The position numbers were made by a program, and so were the translations under genes. A stretch of 64,000 nt of DNA from Calcarisporiella thermophila CBS 279.70 (lineage: Eukaryota; Fungi; Calcarisporiellomycota), in contig NW_027192201.1 in NCBI RefSeq assembly GCF_041956535.1, positions 346,060 through 410,059 of the forward strand. The letters run 5' to 3'. The notes under the pieces were generated by a model. That model did no database searches and was not told the DNA's origin. It saw only the letters and a list, made by a program, of their open reading frames with translations. This document shows, piece by piece, positions 41,102 through 52,829 of the stretch (its first letter is position 1; each line of letters starts with the position of its first letter).

Positions 41102-41171
41102 GCTTTCTGAATGTCTATGTGACTTCCTCTGTGACTTCCTCGTACAAAAACCAATTATCTCGTAACAAGTC

Positions 41172-41516
41172 TGTTACAGGCAAAGGGAGATTTCGTGGAG
41201 AGCTGTGCGGATTCCTTAATAATAAAAATAAGAGATTGGTGAGGAACAGTAAAACAAAATAGAGGGGTTTAAATAGAATTAAGAGATAAAGGAAATAGCT
41301 CAACTGGTGTTCAAGGATAAATAAAGATAAACCAACAAAATAGCAATCAACCTCAACAAAGTAACCATGAGGGAGCATAAGAGTAACCACGAGGGGTCGG
41401 CAACGTAGCGGTAAACAATTCTATTGGCTGCTCCACTTTAAAGATATCGCGCTTCATGAATGCCTATGTGACTGCCTCTGTGACTTCCCCGTACAAAAAC
41501 CAATTATCTCGTAACA
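41172..41516. mobile_element. Element E: intact solo-LTR-like, 345 bp, abutting the tRNA leader
   Basis: TGTTAC...GTAACA termini; AGTC flanks; ends at -12 relative to the tRNA. Confidence 0.85.
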
Positions 41517-41527
41517 AGTCACGAATA

Positions 41528-41544
41528 GCTCTAGTGGCGTAATT

Positions 41545-41584
<40 letters not shown>

Positions 41585-41601
41585 GAGTCCACCCTTGAGC
41601 G
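41528..41601 (+). tRNA. tRNA-Asn (GUU)
   Basis: GCTCTAG/CTTGAGC acceptor, A-box TGGCGTAATTGG, anticodon arm TTCGG-CT-GTT-AA-CCGAA, B-box GGTTCGAGTCC, T-run terminator immediately after. Confidence 0.96.
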
Positions 41602-41712
41602 ATTTTTTCACTCTAATTATTTTTGTTTAACGATTATGAAGTGACTGTTTATTTAAATATTATTTGTTGCATGTTTTATATCAATTAACATCTCATCTTG
41701 TGTCCTAGGAAA

Positions 41713-42798
41713 ATGATGGAGAAACGAAGAGCTCCATCCGATAATGGCGACGCGAGGCGAAAAAAATACAAAGTAACATTTTGCTTACTTTTGAATATTT
41801 AACGTAATTAATAGATGTTTTCCCAGGAGAGAGCAAGGGGTTTAGGATTTGGCTTAGGTCCTGGGATGTCGGGAATTTTGGTAACATGCACTCGTGGTAA
41901 AGAACAACAGAGCGTTCGGGAACTATACAGCATTTTTAATGAGGTATTAGTTGTTTTTCATCAATATTCCAAGTTTTTGATTTTTGAAACATTCAAATCT
42001 TGTAGTACGCAGATAAATTATACCCCAGCTCCGCTGATAAAGGTGAAGAGAGTCAAGAAGAGCAATCTGTAGAGGATGCGGTAGCACGAGAACTTGCAGA
42101 AATGAAGAAACCACATAAAGAGAATCGTTTTGCAAGTCTTATGACTCAGACTGAATGTGGTTAGTGTTATCGCCAGTAGTGAGGGAGTTGTATTGGAGAA
42201 TTAAATATCTCCTATTTAGTGGTATTCATCAAGGTGTGTAATACAATTGAGCCTGTATCCTTTGTACAGTATATACTGAAGGATTTGGTAGAGACAGGAA
42301 TGAAAAAGACGAGGTAGTTTCCTTTCCAAATCATATTACTGAACTGCTAACTAATTTTGTTAATGACAATTTTGTGCTAGATTCTCACAAAGACTCGTTC
42401 CTTTTTCTAAGACTTGTTATGCTAATATGAATGACATCCTTGCCATGGCTCGAGAATTGATCAAGTCCCATTTCGAAAAGGAAATGCCAATTCGAGTATG
42501 TTAATGCATATTGATTTCGAAATATTGAAAAATACTTATTACTTTTTATTGAATACTCTAGTATGCAATCATTCCAAAAATTCGACTCAATGATAGAATT
42601 AATCGAGATGAATTGATTCGTTCCCTTGCTGAGCTCGTTCCAAAACAACACAAAGTTAGTCTCGACCAGCCCGAGTTGTGTATTCTCATTGAAGTTTTTA
42701 AGAGCGTGTGTGGGATGAGTGTTGTTCGAGATTATTACGAACTAAAAAAGCACAATTTGAATGCATTATTTGAAGAAGGCAACCAAGAACATGGATAA
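41713..42798 (+). CDS. TAN1: THUMP-domain protein (Tan1/THUMPD1)
   Basis: GILVTCTRGKE, KKTRF..RLVP, HKVSLDQPE..ILIEVFKSVCGMSVVRDYYELKKHNL. Confidence 0.9.
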
Positions 42799-43014
42799 AC
42801 CTTATACTATTGTTGATATTTATTAGACATTATTGGGGGAGAGGGAATTGATGTTTTTTGAGAGAGAGCATAAAGTTGGAAAATTATAAAGTGAATTATA
42901 ACTAGATTATTAAGCAAGTATATGTATAAAGACATTATATATATATAGAACTATCTAATTATTTGGCATGAAAAGTTAAGGCTTAGATTATAGAGAAAGA
43001 TTGGATATTATCTA

Positions 43015-44166
43015 CTAAAGTTGTGGGTCGAACAGGAATCCTTCCCTTCGATCGCTAATAAAGGGAAGTGCAACCGGTAGCATTTTTGATGTCTGCAAAT
43101 CAGTCAAAAAGCCTGTTGCTACCTGACCCTGTTGAGTGGGTGACTGCTGCTGTCGCATACCAAGAGGATTTTTCGAAAAGCTCAGCCGAATTCCACCTTT
43201 CATCGAGCTGCTTAGAGGTCTTCCTTGTAATTCGGCTAAGGCACGTGCCGCATAATCTATGGTCTCAAACTCAACAAAACACATGGGGCCGTTTGCTTTT
43301 GTGCGGAAGCACATGCGTTTATAACCTCTGCATGCAGAAAAGAGTTGTCGAAGCTCATCTTCACTCGCGCTGTGTGGGAGGTTTCCAACATAGAGCGTAT
43401 TGCAAGGAGGATTTTGGTCAGCGGGGTTGGCAGGGATGGGTAGGCGGGCATAGAGCGGCGGAGGGGTCTGGACTGGCTGAGGGGCGGAAGGCATGGTTGT
43501 GTGCAAATTCAGTGGGGCAAACCTCTCCCAAGCTTTTTTGGCAATAGGGGCTGACTGCGAGCGCGATAGGTACACGGGCTCGTCGTCAAGGCATTTCTTT
43601 ATAGTGTTGGAGGAGCGCAAGAATGAGTCGGAGAAGACATCAAAATCGGGAGGTGGCAGTAGATCGCTTGGAAGCGAGTAAAAAGGGTCATAATGTTTGG
43701 GGGGTGTGAGTGGTGGTATGCGTTTGGTGGTAGAGCTGGTTGAAGAAGGAGTGTTGGGTTGCGATTGCGTGTCAGCGGAAAGTCCGCGCTTAGTGTGAAG
43801 ATTTTTCTTGGCCATCTCAGCCTTAAGTATGTTGCCTTTGTCCGCATCTACTTTGCGGCCGCTAAGGATTTCACGAGCCTCAAGCGCCTCTGCACGAGTA
43901 CGAAATTTTGCAAAGCCAATCTAGAATTATATCAAATGCCGATTGTTATTTCCTAGAATCTTCACACTAATACCATTAAAACTAGTAATATTTACTGTCT
44001 GCTTCCTGCCTTCTTCTCCCTCATTAGGCAGTGGTACTTTGAGCGTTGCAGCTTCAAAGCCGGGCGCAAAACAGAACATATTCTGAAACTCACGCTCTTG
44101 CATATCGTCCGGAAACCCCACGACGAATATTGTGGAGATCTCCTCGCTTAGCTGCGTTTGTGTCAT
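43015..44166 (-). CDS. Two-RRM RNA-binding protein, Whi3/Scw1-like
   Basis: [24 protein letters not shown]; [16 protein letters not shown]...GPMCFVEF...[14 protein letters not shown]. Confidence 0.88.
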
Positions 44167-44923
44167 TAGAGAGTAAGATTGCAATTATGTGGGTTGAATG
44201 CTCGAAATTATTTTTCAGAATGATAAAAAGGAAGGGCAATTTAATACTGTAAAATGAGGCGGATATATGATGTAGAAAGTGACAATGAGGGATGCAATTA
44301 GATGTCGAAGTGTGAGGATATCCTAATGACTTCTCAATTAACACTCTGAAAATAACTATAACGAAAGATAGGAAAGAAAGAGAACTGGAAGGAAATGACC
44401 ACAAAATCTATTCTTTATATATTAGTGTTTCTTTTGACGCCTATGCACAGGACAAAAAAATGTTCTGTGCGCGAGTGCAGCATCATCAGGAAAGCAAAGG
44501 CAATCTCCAAAAGAAAAAAAAAGGTATAATGGGACCGTGCACTGAGTATAAAAAACCCTTTTTGAGTACGTCAATCTTTTTGATATCAATATTAAGTTAG
44601 AAGATTAGAGAGGATTTGCATATCTCATGCGGGAATCTATTAATGGCAAATTCCTTAGGATATCAATGAGGATTGACTGATCTTCGTACATCTTTTGCCA
44701 TTTTCATATCCTTATTCTCTTTTTGTACTTACTAATTAACCGTTAGATTTATTTTTCCTGCAGATTATTTTCTTAAATTTTTCTAAAACAAGAATATTTA
44801 ATAATATCGCTTTTTCTCGATTAATTCTAAATGTCTATATGACGTATATTGATGACATCACTAGTATTTTCACAAAGAATTTATCTCAGTTTCAGTATAT
44901 ATATATTTTCTTTGTAAAAAATA

Positions 44924-45596
44924 ATGCCTCGTTATAGGTCCAATTCTCGTTCATCTTCTCCACGTCGCCATCGGTCTCGATCTTTCTCGCGTTCACCTTC
45001 TCGCTCTTTCTCGCGCTCCAGATCTCCACCCCCTAAAAGTAGCAAAATATACGTTGATAATTTGACGCGAAATGTTACACGCGAACATCTGGAAGAGATC
45101 TTCGGACGATATGGGAGAATAATAGATATAGACTTACCAATGAATAGAACCTGTAATAACCCAATTCTTTTCGTATTTTGCTAATGATAACACTAAAATT
45201 AAATCATTTTTTTAACCAATAGTGGGATCAAATCGCGGTTTTGCCATTATTGAATTTGATAATCGAAGTGGAGCTGAGAATGCTATTCATTGTATGGATA
45301 AAGGTCAGCTTGATGGAGAAACGCTTGCATGTGAAATTCACGCCCCAGCCCCTCGTGTTATTGGACGTAGTAAACGTTCAAAATATGACAGCTACGTACC
45401 ACGACGTCGTTCTCCATCTCCTCGTCGGAGGAGGTCATTTCACTCACGGAGTAGAAGTAGGAGTCGATCGTACTCACCAGAGGAATATAGAGGAAGAAAA
45501 AGGAATAGAAGTAGGAGCTATAGTAATAGCAGGAGCAAGAGTTATAGCGATAGTAGGAGTAGGAGCTATAGTAGGAGTAGAAGTTGGAGCGACTAA
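44924..45596 (+). CDS. RNPS1-like SR/RRM splicing factor
   Basis: LTRNVTREHLEEIFGRYG, NRGFA, MDKGQLDG, flanking RS repeats. Confidence 0.85.
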
Positions 45597-46076
45597 AATA
45601 ATTTTTCTCTTGCACTTTTTATTCTCGAAAGCAAAATATTGAATATATTAATAGCAGAAATATTAAAGATCCGATGTTTTACAATCTTTAGTAAGAAAGG
45701 TCAAAAAACACGCATTAATAATTAGTGACATTCCATTCGATAGAGAAAATTAGGAAGGTGACTCTTTCAATATCTGAGAAAAATAGAATAAATATAATAC
45801 AGGAAGAACAAAAGAAAAAAACGCATAATAATATATAAGAAATATCCATTCTTTTTAAATTAATGGAGAAATATATTAAGAGAGAAAGGATAAATATGCA
45901 CTAATATTATAGCTTTTTCTTTTACAACATATATCCTTTTCGGGGTCTCTCCAGAAAATATAGCTTCAATTTTTCAAAAACAAAAGAGTAAAGGAACAAA
46001 TAGCAGAAAGAAAATGAAATAAGAATCAAGTGGGAGAAATAATATATATAAATAAAATATAAAATAAACAGTCTGT

Positions 46077-47392
46077 TTACCCGGACGTTGATGTGGAGGC
46101 ATTCGACTGTGCAGCCAATTGTCGCTTAAGCGATTCGATCTCTCTAGCCATTTCATCTTGCCCAACTTTTAATTTGTTAATATATTCGACCGCTACATAA
46201 AAAGAAACGTATTAGAAATGAATCTAACTGTGTAAACGGGTAACTGCTTGCCTTTACTCAGAATTTCCCATTTAGAAGTCTTCATATTTCGATCCAAAGG
46301 AAGTGTATGCCGTAACTCATCAAAGAGATCTTTCATCTAACCATTAAATAAACAAAATCTGGTATTTAAAATCTTGGCTAATATAGATATTACTTTTATA
46401 AGTTTACCTCTTTCCTTCGTTTTCTTTCTGCCAACTTATGCGAGATTCTTAACTCGGGAGAACGAGAATATGGAGTTTCCAGTCGATGTGGATGCTCATC
46501 TGCAAAACCTCCACTTATATATCTTCCTTCAACTCCAGGCATCGTTGGCATAGATGCACGCCGAGGTATAGACGGTGTATCTCCACCAAAAAGAGAAGCC
46601 CGTCTGTGTTCAAGATGAGGAGGAAGTAAAGGTTCTCTAACATTCGATTGGGAAAGATATTGGGTAGGTGGAGGCTGCAAACGAGGTGGACTGGAAGGAG
46701 CAGATTGTGAATCGAAAAATGGGCGAAATTGTGTGTATGGCGGGCGTAATTGTGTAGAACTACCCGAAAAGCCTATCGGTTGCTGATGTGAGGAGAGTAG
46801 ATGTTCTGTTGATGATAAAGTGGGTGCATTTGGAGGCTGATTTGGAATCTCAGCAATAGAATGTCGACGACCAACTGCTGGCTCAACTAAGGGAGGAGCG
46901 CAGAGACGAGCGATGCTAGAGGGTGGTGAGGATGATGTAGAAGAGCCATTGGAAGCGTAAGAGCTACGGCGTTCAACAACGGCGGGAGCATTTGGGATCG
47001 TGGTACTAGAATAACCGTCTACGTGGCGAGCATCTAGCGGAGTGAGTGCTGAGGAATGTGCAGCGGGATCAGTTATAGAGCCACGCCGAGGATAGATGTC
47101 CGGATCGAGGGCCGGAAGGACACGAACAGGAGGAACTGTTTCTGTAAAATGAATCAAAAAGGGATGAGAAAAATTGATTAATGTTGGATATTAAAGTATT
47201 GATTATTCAAGAATCGCCAATAAAACAATCACCTGGTGGAATGCGAGGGAGCATTAAAGAGGGGTCATTACTTTGCGAAGGGTGGACCGTTGCAGTTACG
47301 ACAGATGATGCATAAGAAGGAATTGAAGGATGAAGCGGATGTTCGTTATAAATATTCGTTCGAGGCGCATGTTCTGGTGGTCTCTGATCCAT
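46077..47392 (-). CDS. bHLH transcription factor
   Basis: PYSRSPELRISHKLAERKRRKE|MKDLFDELR...KTSKWEILSK|AVEYI. Confidence 0.88.
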
Positions 47393-47850
47393 GTAGATCG
47401 ACATTAATAAAAATAAAAAGATTGAGCTTAGATGTTATTGAGAGAAACCAATTATCACAAATGCAATTATGTCGGCAATATATAAGTAAGGGTTGCAAAG
47501 TCCACAAAAGATTTATTAATCTTGAAGGGGAACTTTATAAGTTATAATAAAAATTCGTACTCTCCAAAATACTTGTAATACCTAGTAAATAAACAAAAAT
47601 TAGGTTTAAGATGGACTAAAGAATAACGGAAATTTCGGGAATGAAAAAAAGTATCCATTTGTTTGCTAGCGGATAAACTGTTGTCGAGGCCTTTTTTTTG
47701 GTTATATTCAACTTCAATACATGATTTGAAATAATGTTTGCTAATTGCATACGGGTTCTTAGGCAACAAAAGCCGAAGGATATAGTTCGAATACTAAAAG
47801 TAGCGACGAAAAATGCGAGATATGAGATATATTTACAGTTCTTGGAACAA

Positions 47851-49232
47851 TCACAAAAAGTATTGGATTTCCTATAGGATAAAGAGAAATGTTAGATAAC
47901 TTAAAAAAATATGAATTCAGTATTCCTCTTCCTGCCTTATTCTCGCCAAGCTGTTGGCTTGGCCCGTCATGCTCATTTTCAGGTGCAGCATCAAACACGT
48001 TGAAGTGTCGCTCCCCATTTTCTCCAACCTCAAGTATAGATGCTTTATTTCCACACCGATAACAGTAATTAGGCGCAGACCATACAGTTGATAAGGATCT
48101 GTCATACAATTCCTATGAAAATTTTAGCCTAAGAGATAGTCAACCAAATATTTATAAGCTTACTTGGTATCCCTCCATACATAATTGGTGTGCACGGAGA
48201 ATGTGCTGAATATTATTAGTTTGAAGAAATTTTTTCACAACCATACCTCCGAATGTAAACCCTGCTCCCCTAATTATTTACCGTACAGATCTATCAAAAA
48301 GTGTAAAGCTTTTTAATTAAGTCATTTTTTATTCTTACCTGGGTGAGAACTGGAATTCATCTTTTGCTTCATCAGGATCTGACCATACTAAATCTGCCAT
48401 TGGACCTTCATGAGGTATTTCTACAGAAATTGCAAAAAATTGAGATAAACCATAATAAACATATCTGATTATGATAACTACCTCTAAATCGATCAATAAG
48501 TTTTATTTGATCAATGCAGTGAATGTAAGGAGAGAGGCCTAAAAAGATAGTAATTGTTAGCGTTGGTTTTAAAACAATTAAATGTACTATATAATTGTAC
48601 CCCCATGGACACAAAATATTGAGTTATCAATCACGACGGATAGCGTAAGAAAATCGAATAAATCCGTAAAATATTGCCATACATTAACCGACCCATACTT
48701 GCGCATACACTCGGTATAGAATCCGTATGTCTAAATTTAGACCACATCATTTAGTTTTATTCATGTCCTTCATTGAAGCTATTGTGCACTCACCTGAGTA
48801 ACCGCCCGCGATTCATGATTTCCTCGCACTAGATATACACGATTTGGATATCTTAATTTTAAGCATGTCAATAGTGAAATAGTTTCCACACTAAAGAGTC
48901 CCCGATCCACATAATCTCCAAGAAACAGATAATTGGTTGAGGGACAGAAACCGCCAATGCGAAATATTTCGATTAAATCATAAAACTGACTATTATTGGT
49001 CATATTCGAATTATATGCGAGATTTAAGACTATTGGGCTATATGAGCAGTGTAGTGAAATGTGCATACCCATGGATGTCTCCAACTACTGTAACCGGTGC
49101 CTTGATGTGCACGACATTACTTTCATGCATAAGCAGCTCCTTTGTCCTTTCACAAATATCCCGCACAGTCGCCTCTGAAAGTAGCTTCTTCTGGTATAAT
49201 TGCTCGATGCACACGTCCAGATCTAACACCAT
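47851..49232 (-). CDS. PPG1: PP2A-like Ser/Thr phosphatase, Ppg1 type
   Basis: [30 protein letters not shown]-terminal YFL; N-terminus [14 protein letters not shown] is Ppg1-like. Confidence 0.85.
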
Positions 49233-49515
49233 CTTTAAGCTGATCGCCAATTTCGCGTTTCTCCTTTCTGAGAGGTGGTGTCCAGGGAATGTGACGGCAC
49301 AATCGGAGGTTGAAATTTTCAACGTCACATGCTAATGGCCAATCAACGATAAAGCACTCCTGCTCGAGAAATAAGGTAAGTTTCTGGTTTTTTGTGCATC
49401 CTCCATTTATTTAAAGACAGGTATTGTTCTCTCCCTTAACTATCTTCTAATTAGCTTGAAGAGTCTTTTTTTTTTCATGCACTTTTGTTTCATTGTGCTC
49501 TTGTAATAGCTCACA

Positions 49516-50908
49516 ATGGATTCTGATGAAGTCGCTGCTGTAAGTTTTTCTCTTTTCAATTTATCATTTTACATATGTCAATTGCACCTGTCATATCCAC
49601 AAAAATATATACTTTAAAATGCGTTTAGGATGTTGTATGAGGGTTGGAACAATATTTCTGATAAACGAGAAATCTCAAGTTTTAAAGTTGAGCTATATTC
49701 TTTGTTAACTCAAAACTATTTCAAATATCTATAGCTCGTTATTGACAATGGTTCCGGTATGTGCAAGGCTGGCTTCGCCGGCGACGACGCACCACGTACA
49801 GTAAATATTTTAGCTTAAGACGGCGGAGAAGAAGCTCCTATAATCCTCTGAATTTTTTGTACTCTTTTAGGTTTTCCCGTCTATAGTAGGATCTCCCCGA
49901 CATCAAGGTATGATGGTCGGTATGGGACAAAAGGATTTCTATGTTGGCGACGAAGCTCAATCAAGGCGCGGTATTCTTACCCTACGTTACCCAATTGAAC
50001 ACGGCATTGTAACAAACTGGGATGACATGGAAAGAATTTGGCATCACACTTTATATAATGAACTGCGTGTCGCATCCGAAGAGCATCCTGTACTTCTTAC
50101 AGAGGCCCCGCTTAACCCTAAATCGAACCGGGAGAAGATGACTCAAATTATGTTTGAGACCTTCAATGCACCAGCTTTCTATGTTGCAATTCAGGCAGTT
50201 TTATCACTGTACTCCTCAGGAAGAACGACCGGAGTAGTTCTTGATTCTGGAGATGGTGTAACACACACCGTACCAATTTATGAGGGCTATTCATTACCGC
50301 ATGCAATTCTTCGCATTGATCTGGCTGGTCGCGATCTGACTGATCATCTTGCCAGACTTTTGACGGAGCGGGGGCATTCGTTTACAACGACTGCAGAATA
50401 CGAAATAGTGCGTGATATCAAAGAGAGGTTATGTTATGTGGCTTTGGATTACAACAAAGAGTTGAACTGTGTTCAACCATCTGCTACCGAAAAATCCTAT
50501 GAACTTCCGGACGGCCAAATGATCGTAATAGGCAGCGAGCGCTTCCGTGCCCCCGAAGCTTTGTTCCAACCGTCTCTAATCGGACTTGAGAGTATGGGTA
50601 TACATGAAACCACCTTTTACTCAATCATGAAGTGCGATGTCGACATCCGGAAAGATCTATACGGAAATGTTGTATTGTCAGGTGGAACAACTATGTATCC
50701 TGGCATTGCTGACCGCATGTTCAAGGAGATAAATTCTCTTGCTCCGTCTTCAATGAAAGTCAAGATTGTCGCACCTCCAGAGCGGAAATACTCGGTGTGG
50801 ATTGGGGGCTCCATCTTAGCTTCACTATCCACCTTCCAGCAAATATGGATCACGAAGAATGAATATGTTGAATATGGGCCAAGTGTGGTTCATCGCAAAT
50901 GCTTTTAA
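49516..50908 (+). CDS. Actin (divergent paralog)
   Basis: MDSDEVAA|[71 protein letters not shown]. Confidence 0.95.
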
Positions 50909-51178
50909 AGATTTTTTTAGCTATATTAATATTTTTGGTTGAGAAGTAAGTGAAGGGGATCAAAATTATCTCTATTTCTTTTTTTTTTTTGCATTACGCT
51001 AATACCTTTTGTATAGGAAAAATATATTCGGTATTTTATTTTAAGAGAAACCTAAGATTAATTGTACAGTATACCTAAAACAATCCAGGATGTTGTTTAT
51101 CGTCTGTGACTGTTTTCTCGTACATTATTTCATTTTAAACTTGCTAATTCTTATTCTGGAATTACATATCAAAAAACC

Positions 51179-52580
51179 ATGTCAAATCTTTTTGAGGTTC
51201 CAGGGTGGGAAGTCCCTAATTCTATTACTAGTGCTGCGAAACCTGTGAGCAATCGTGAGAGGAAACGGCAGCGAATTGTTGAAAAAGTTCTCACTGGTGA
51301 AAGACCGTTTTTGAACGAAAAGCAAGAGAAAGATACATCAAAGGAGAAAAAGGAGGGAAAAAGAAAAGTTGATCACAAAAAACCGACGAAGAAAAAAAGA
51401 AAGAGAGCAAAATCGATTCAGAGCACGAATGAAGATGAGGCCGAGAGTATAATGGAGGATACGTTTGAGGAAGAAAATATAGAGAAGAGTGAAAAGAAAA
51501 AGAAGAAAAAGAAAACAAATAAACCTAACGGCTCTAATGAGGTAATCCCTATGGATAAGGAAAAAGTAAGGATTTTATAGTGCTTTGTTTAGAACAAACT
51601 AATGATTACGTTCATTTCTTAGACACATTCGATAGTAGAGGAAGAGGAATCAGAAAAAGGAGAGATCGATGAAACAGAAAATGCAGCGTCTTTGAAAAAT
51701 AGTAAAAAGGCATCGGTGAGCGGCCATATTACAACACTTTTAATTTATTATTATCTTTACTGATTTTAATCTAGGAGAGTAAGGTACTCACTCCTCTCCA
51801 ACAAGCAATGAAAAAGCGACTTCAGGGATCCAAATTTAGGTGGATAAATGAGAAGCTCTACACCACTTCGAGTCGAGAGGCTGTCAAACTCTTCCAAAAA
51901 AATCCAGAAATGTTTGAAGAAGTAAATTATTTTCAGTTTAGTGCAATTACCCTATATTTGCCTCACTCTTTTATTTGATCATCAGTACCATAAAGGATTC
52001 AGGTCTCAAGTTGAAAGCTGGCCCGTTAATCCCGTCGATTCCCTTATCTCTTACCTCAATACCCGACCCAAAGAATTGATTGTTGCTGATCTCGGGTGTG
52101 GAGATGCTAAAATCGCGGAACATGCACACAACCATGTTCTTTCTTTCGATCTTGTGGCAAAGAACGAGCGCGTTGTAGCCTGTGATATTGCCAAGGTATA
52201 GATGAGCATTATATTGCACCATTTCACAGAATATTTATCATATTATCGCTTAGGTCCCTCTCCCGAACGAATTCGTTGATATTGCTATATTTTGTCTGTC
52301 ACTCATGGGTGTTAACTTCATGGATTTCATACGCGAGGCACACCGCATTCTTAAGCTTGGAGGCGAGCTGCGAATTGCTGAAGTCGTGAGCCGGTTCGAA
52401 GATGTTGAAGGATTCGTCGAAACACTTGAGACAATCGGATTCGAACATAAGGAAACCGACGCATCGAATAAGATGTTTATTGTGTTTAGCTTTAAAAAGG
52501 TTGGGGCGCAGCAAAGCAAAAGGAAGCCAACAATTGTAAAAGAAGCAGTCTTAAAGCCATGTGTTTATAAGAAGAGATGA
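51179..52580 (+). CDS. RRP8: 25S rRNA m1A methyltransferase
   Basis: LQGSKFRWINEKLY, YHKGFRSQVESWPVNP, ADLGCGDA, FCLSLMG, LKPCVYKKR. Confidence 0.93.
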
Positions 52581-52829
52581 TTGGATATTGGATTTTTGCC
52601 ACCGAATTTCATGTCATTGCTTGTTCTCTAAAACCCATATTCTGTTTTCGTATATAATTCAATTTATTCTCGAATACTTATCTTTTTTTTTTTTCATTAA
52701 TGGATTTTAGAGCTTCTACATTGCGTTGTATATTTCTGACGATAGCCGATCAGCTGTTTATTTTTTACCTTAATTGAAAAAGAAAGGAGTGATTACTCGA
52801 GCATATAAAAATAGTTCGTACGGGTGTTA

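Larger units (their letters stand above)
40215..41167. mobile_element. Element D: solo-LTR-like, same family as E, interrupted by two poly(A) insertions and a gap
   Basis: TGTTACG...CGTAACA; AGTC flanks; colinear with E (e.g. AATAATAAAAATAAGAGATTGGT, GAGTAACCACGAGGGGTCGGCAACGTAGCGGTAA). Confidence 0.85.

Noticed and set aside
40653-41390. ORFs around the second N run
   Set aside because: Gap artefacts or chance frames within LTR-like repeats.
39529-41520. Recurring CGTAACAAGTCTGTTAC as a CRISPR-like repeat
   Set aside because: Eukaryote, no cas genes, and the spacers are 250-950 bp and partly homologous; the repeat is explained as element end + AGTC + element start.
41528-42798. Functional link between tRNA-Asn and adjacent TAN1
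   Set aside because: Tan1-dependent ac4C12 concerns Leu/Ser tRNAs; adjacency is probably chance.
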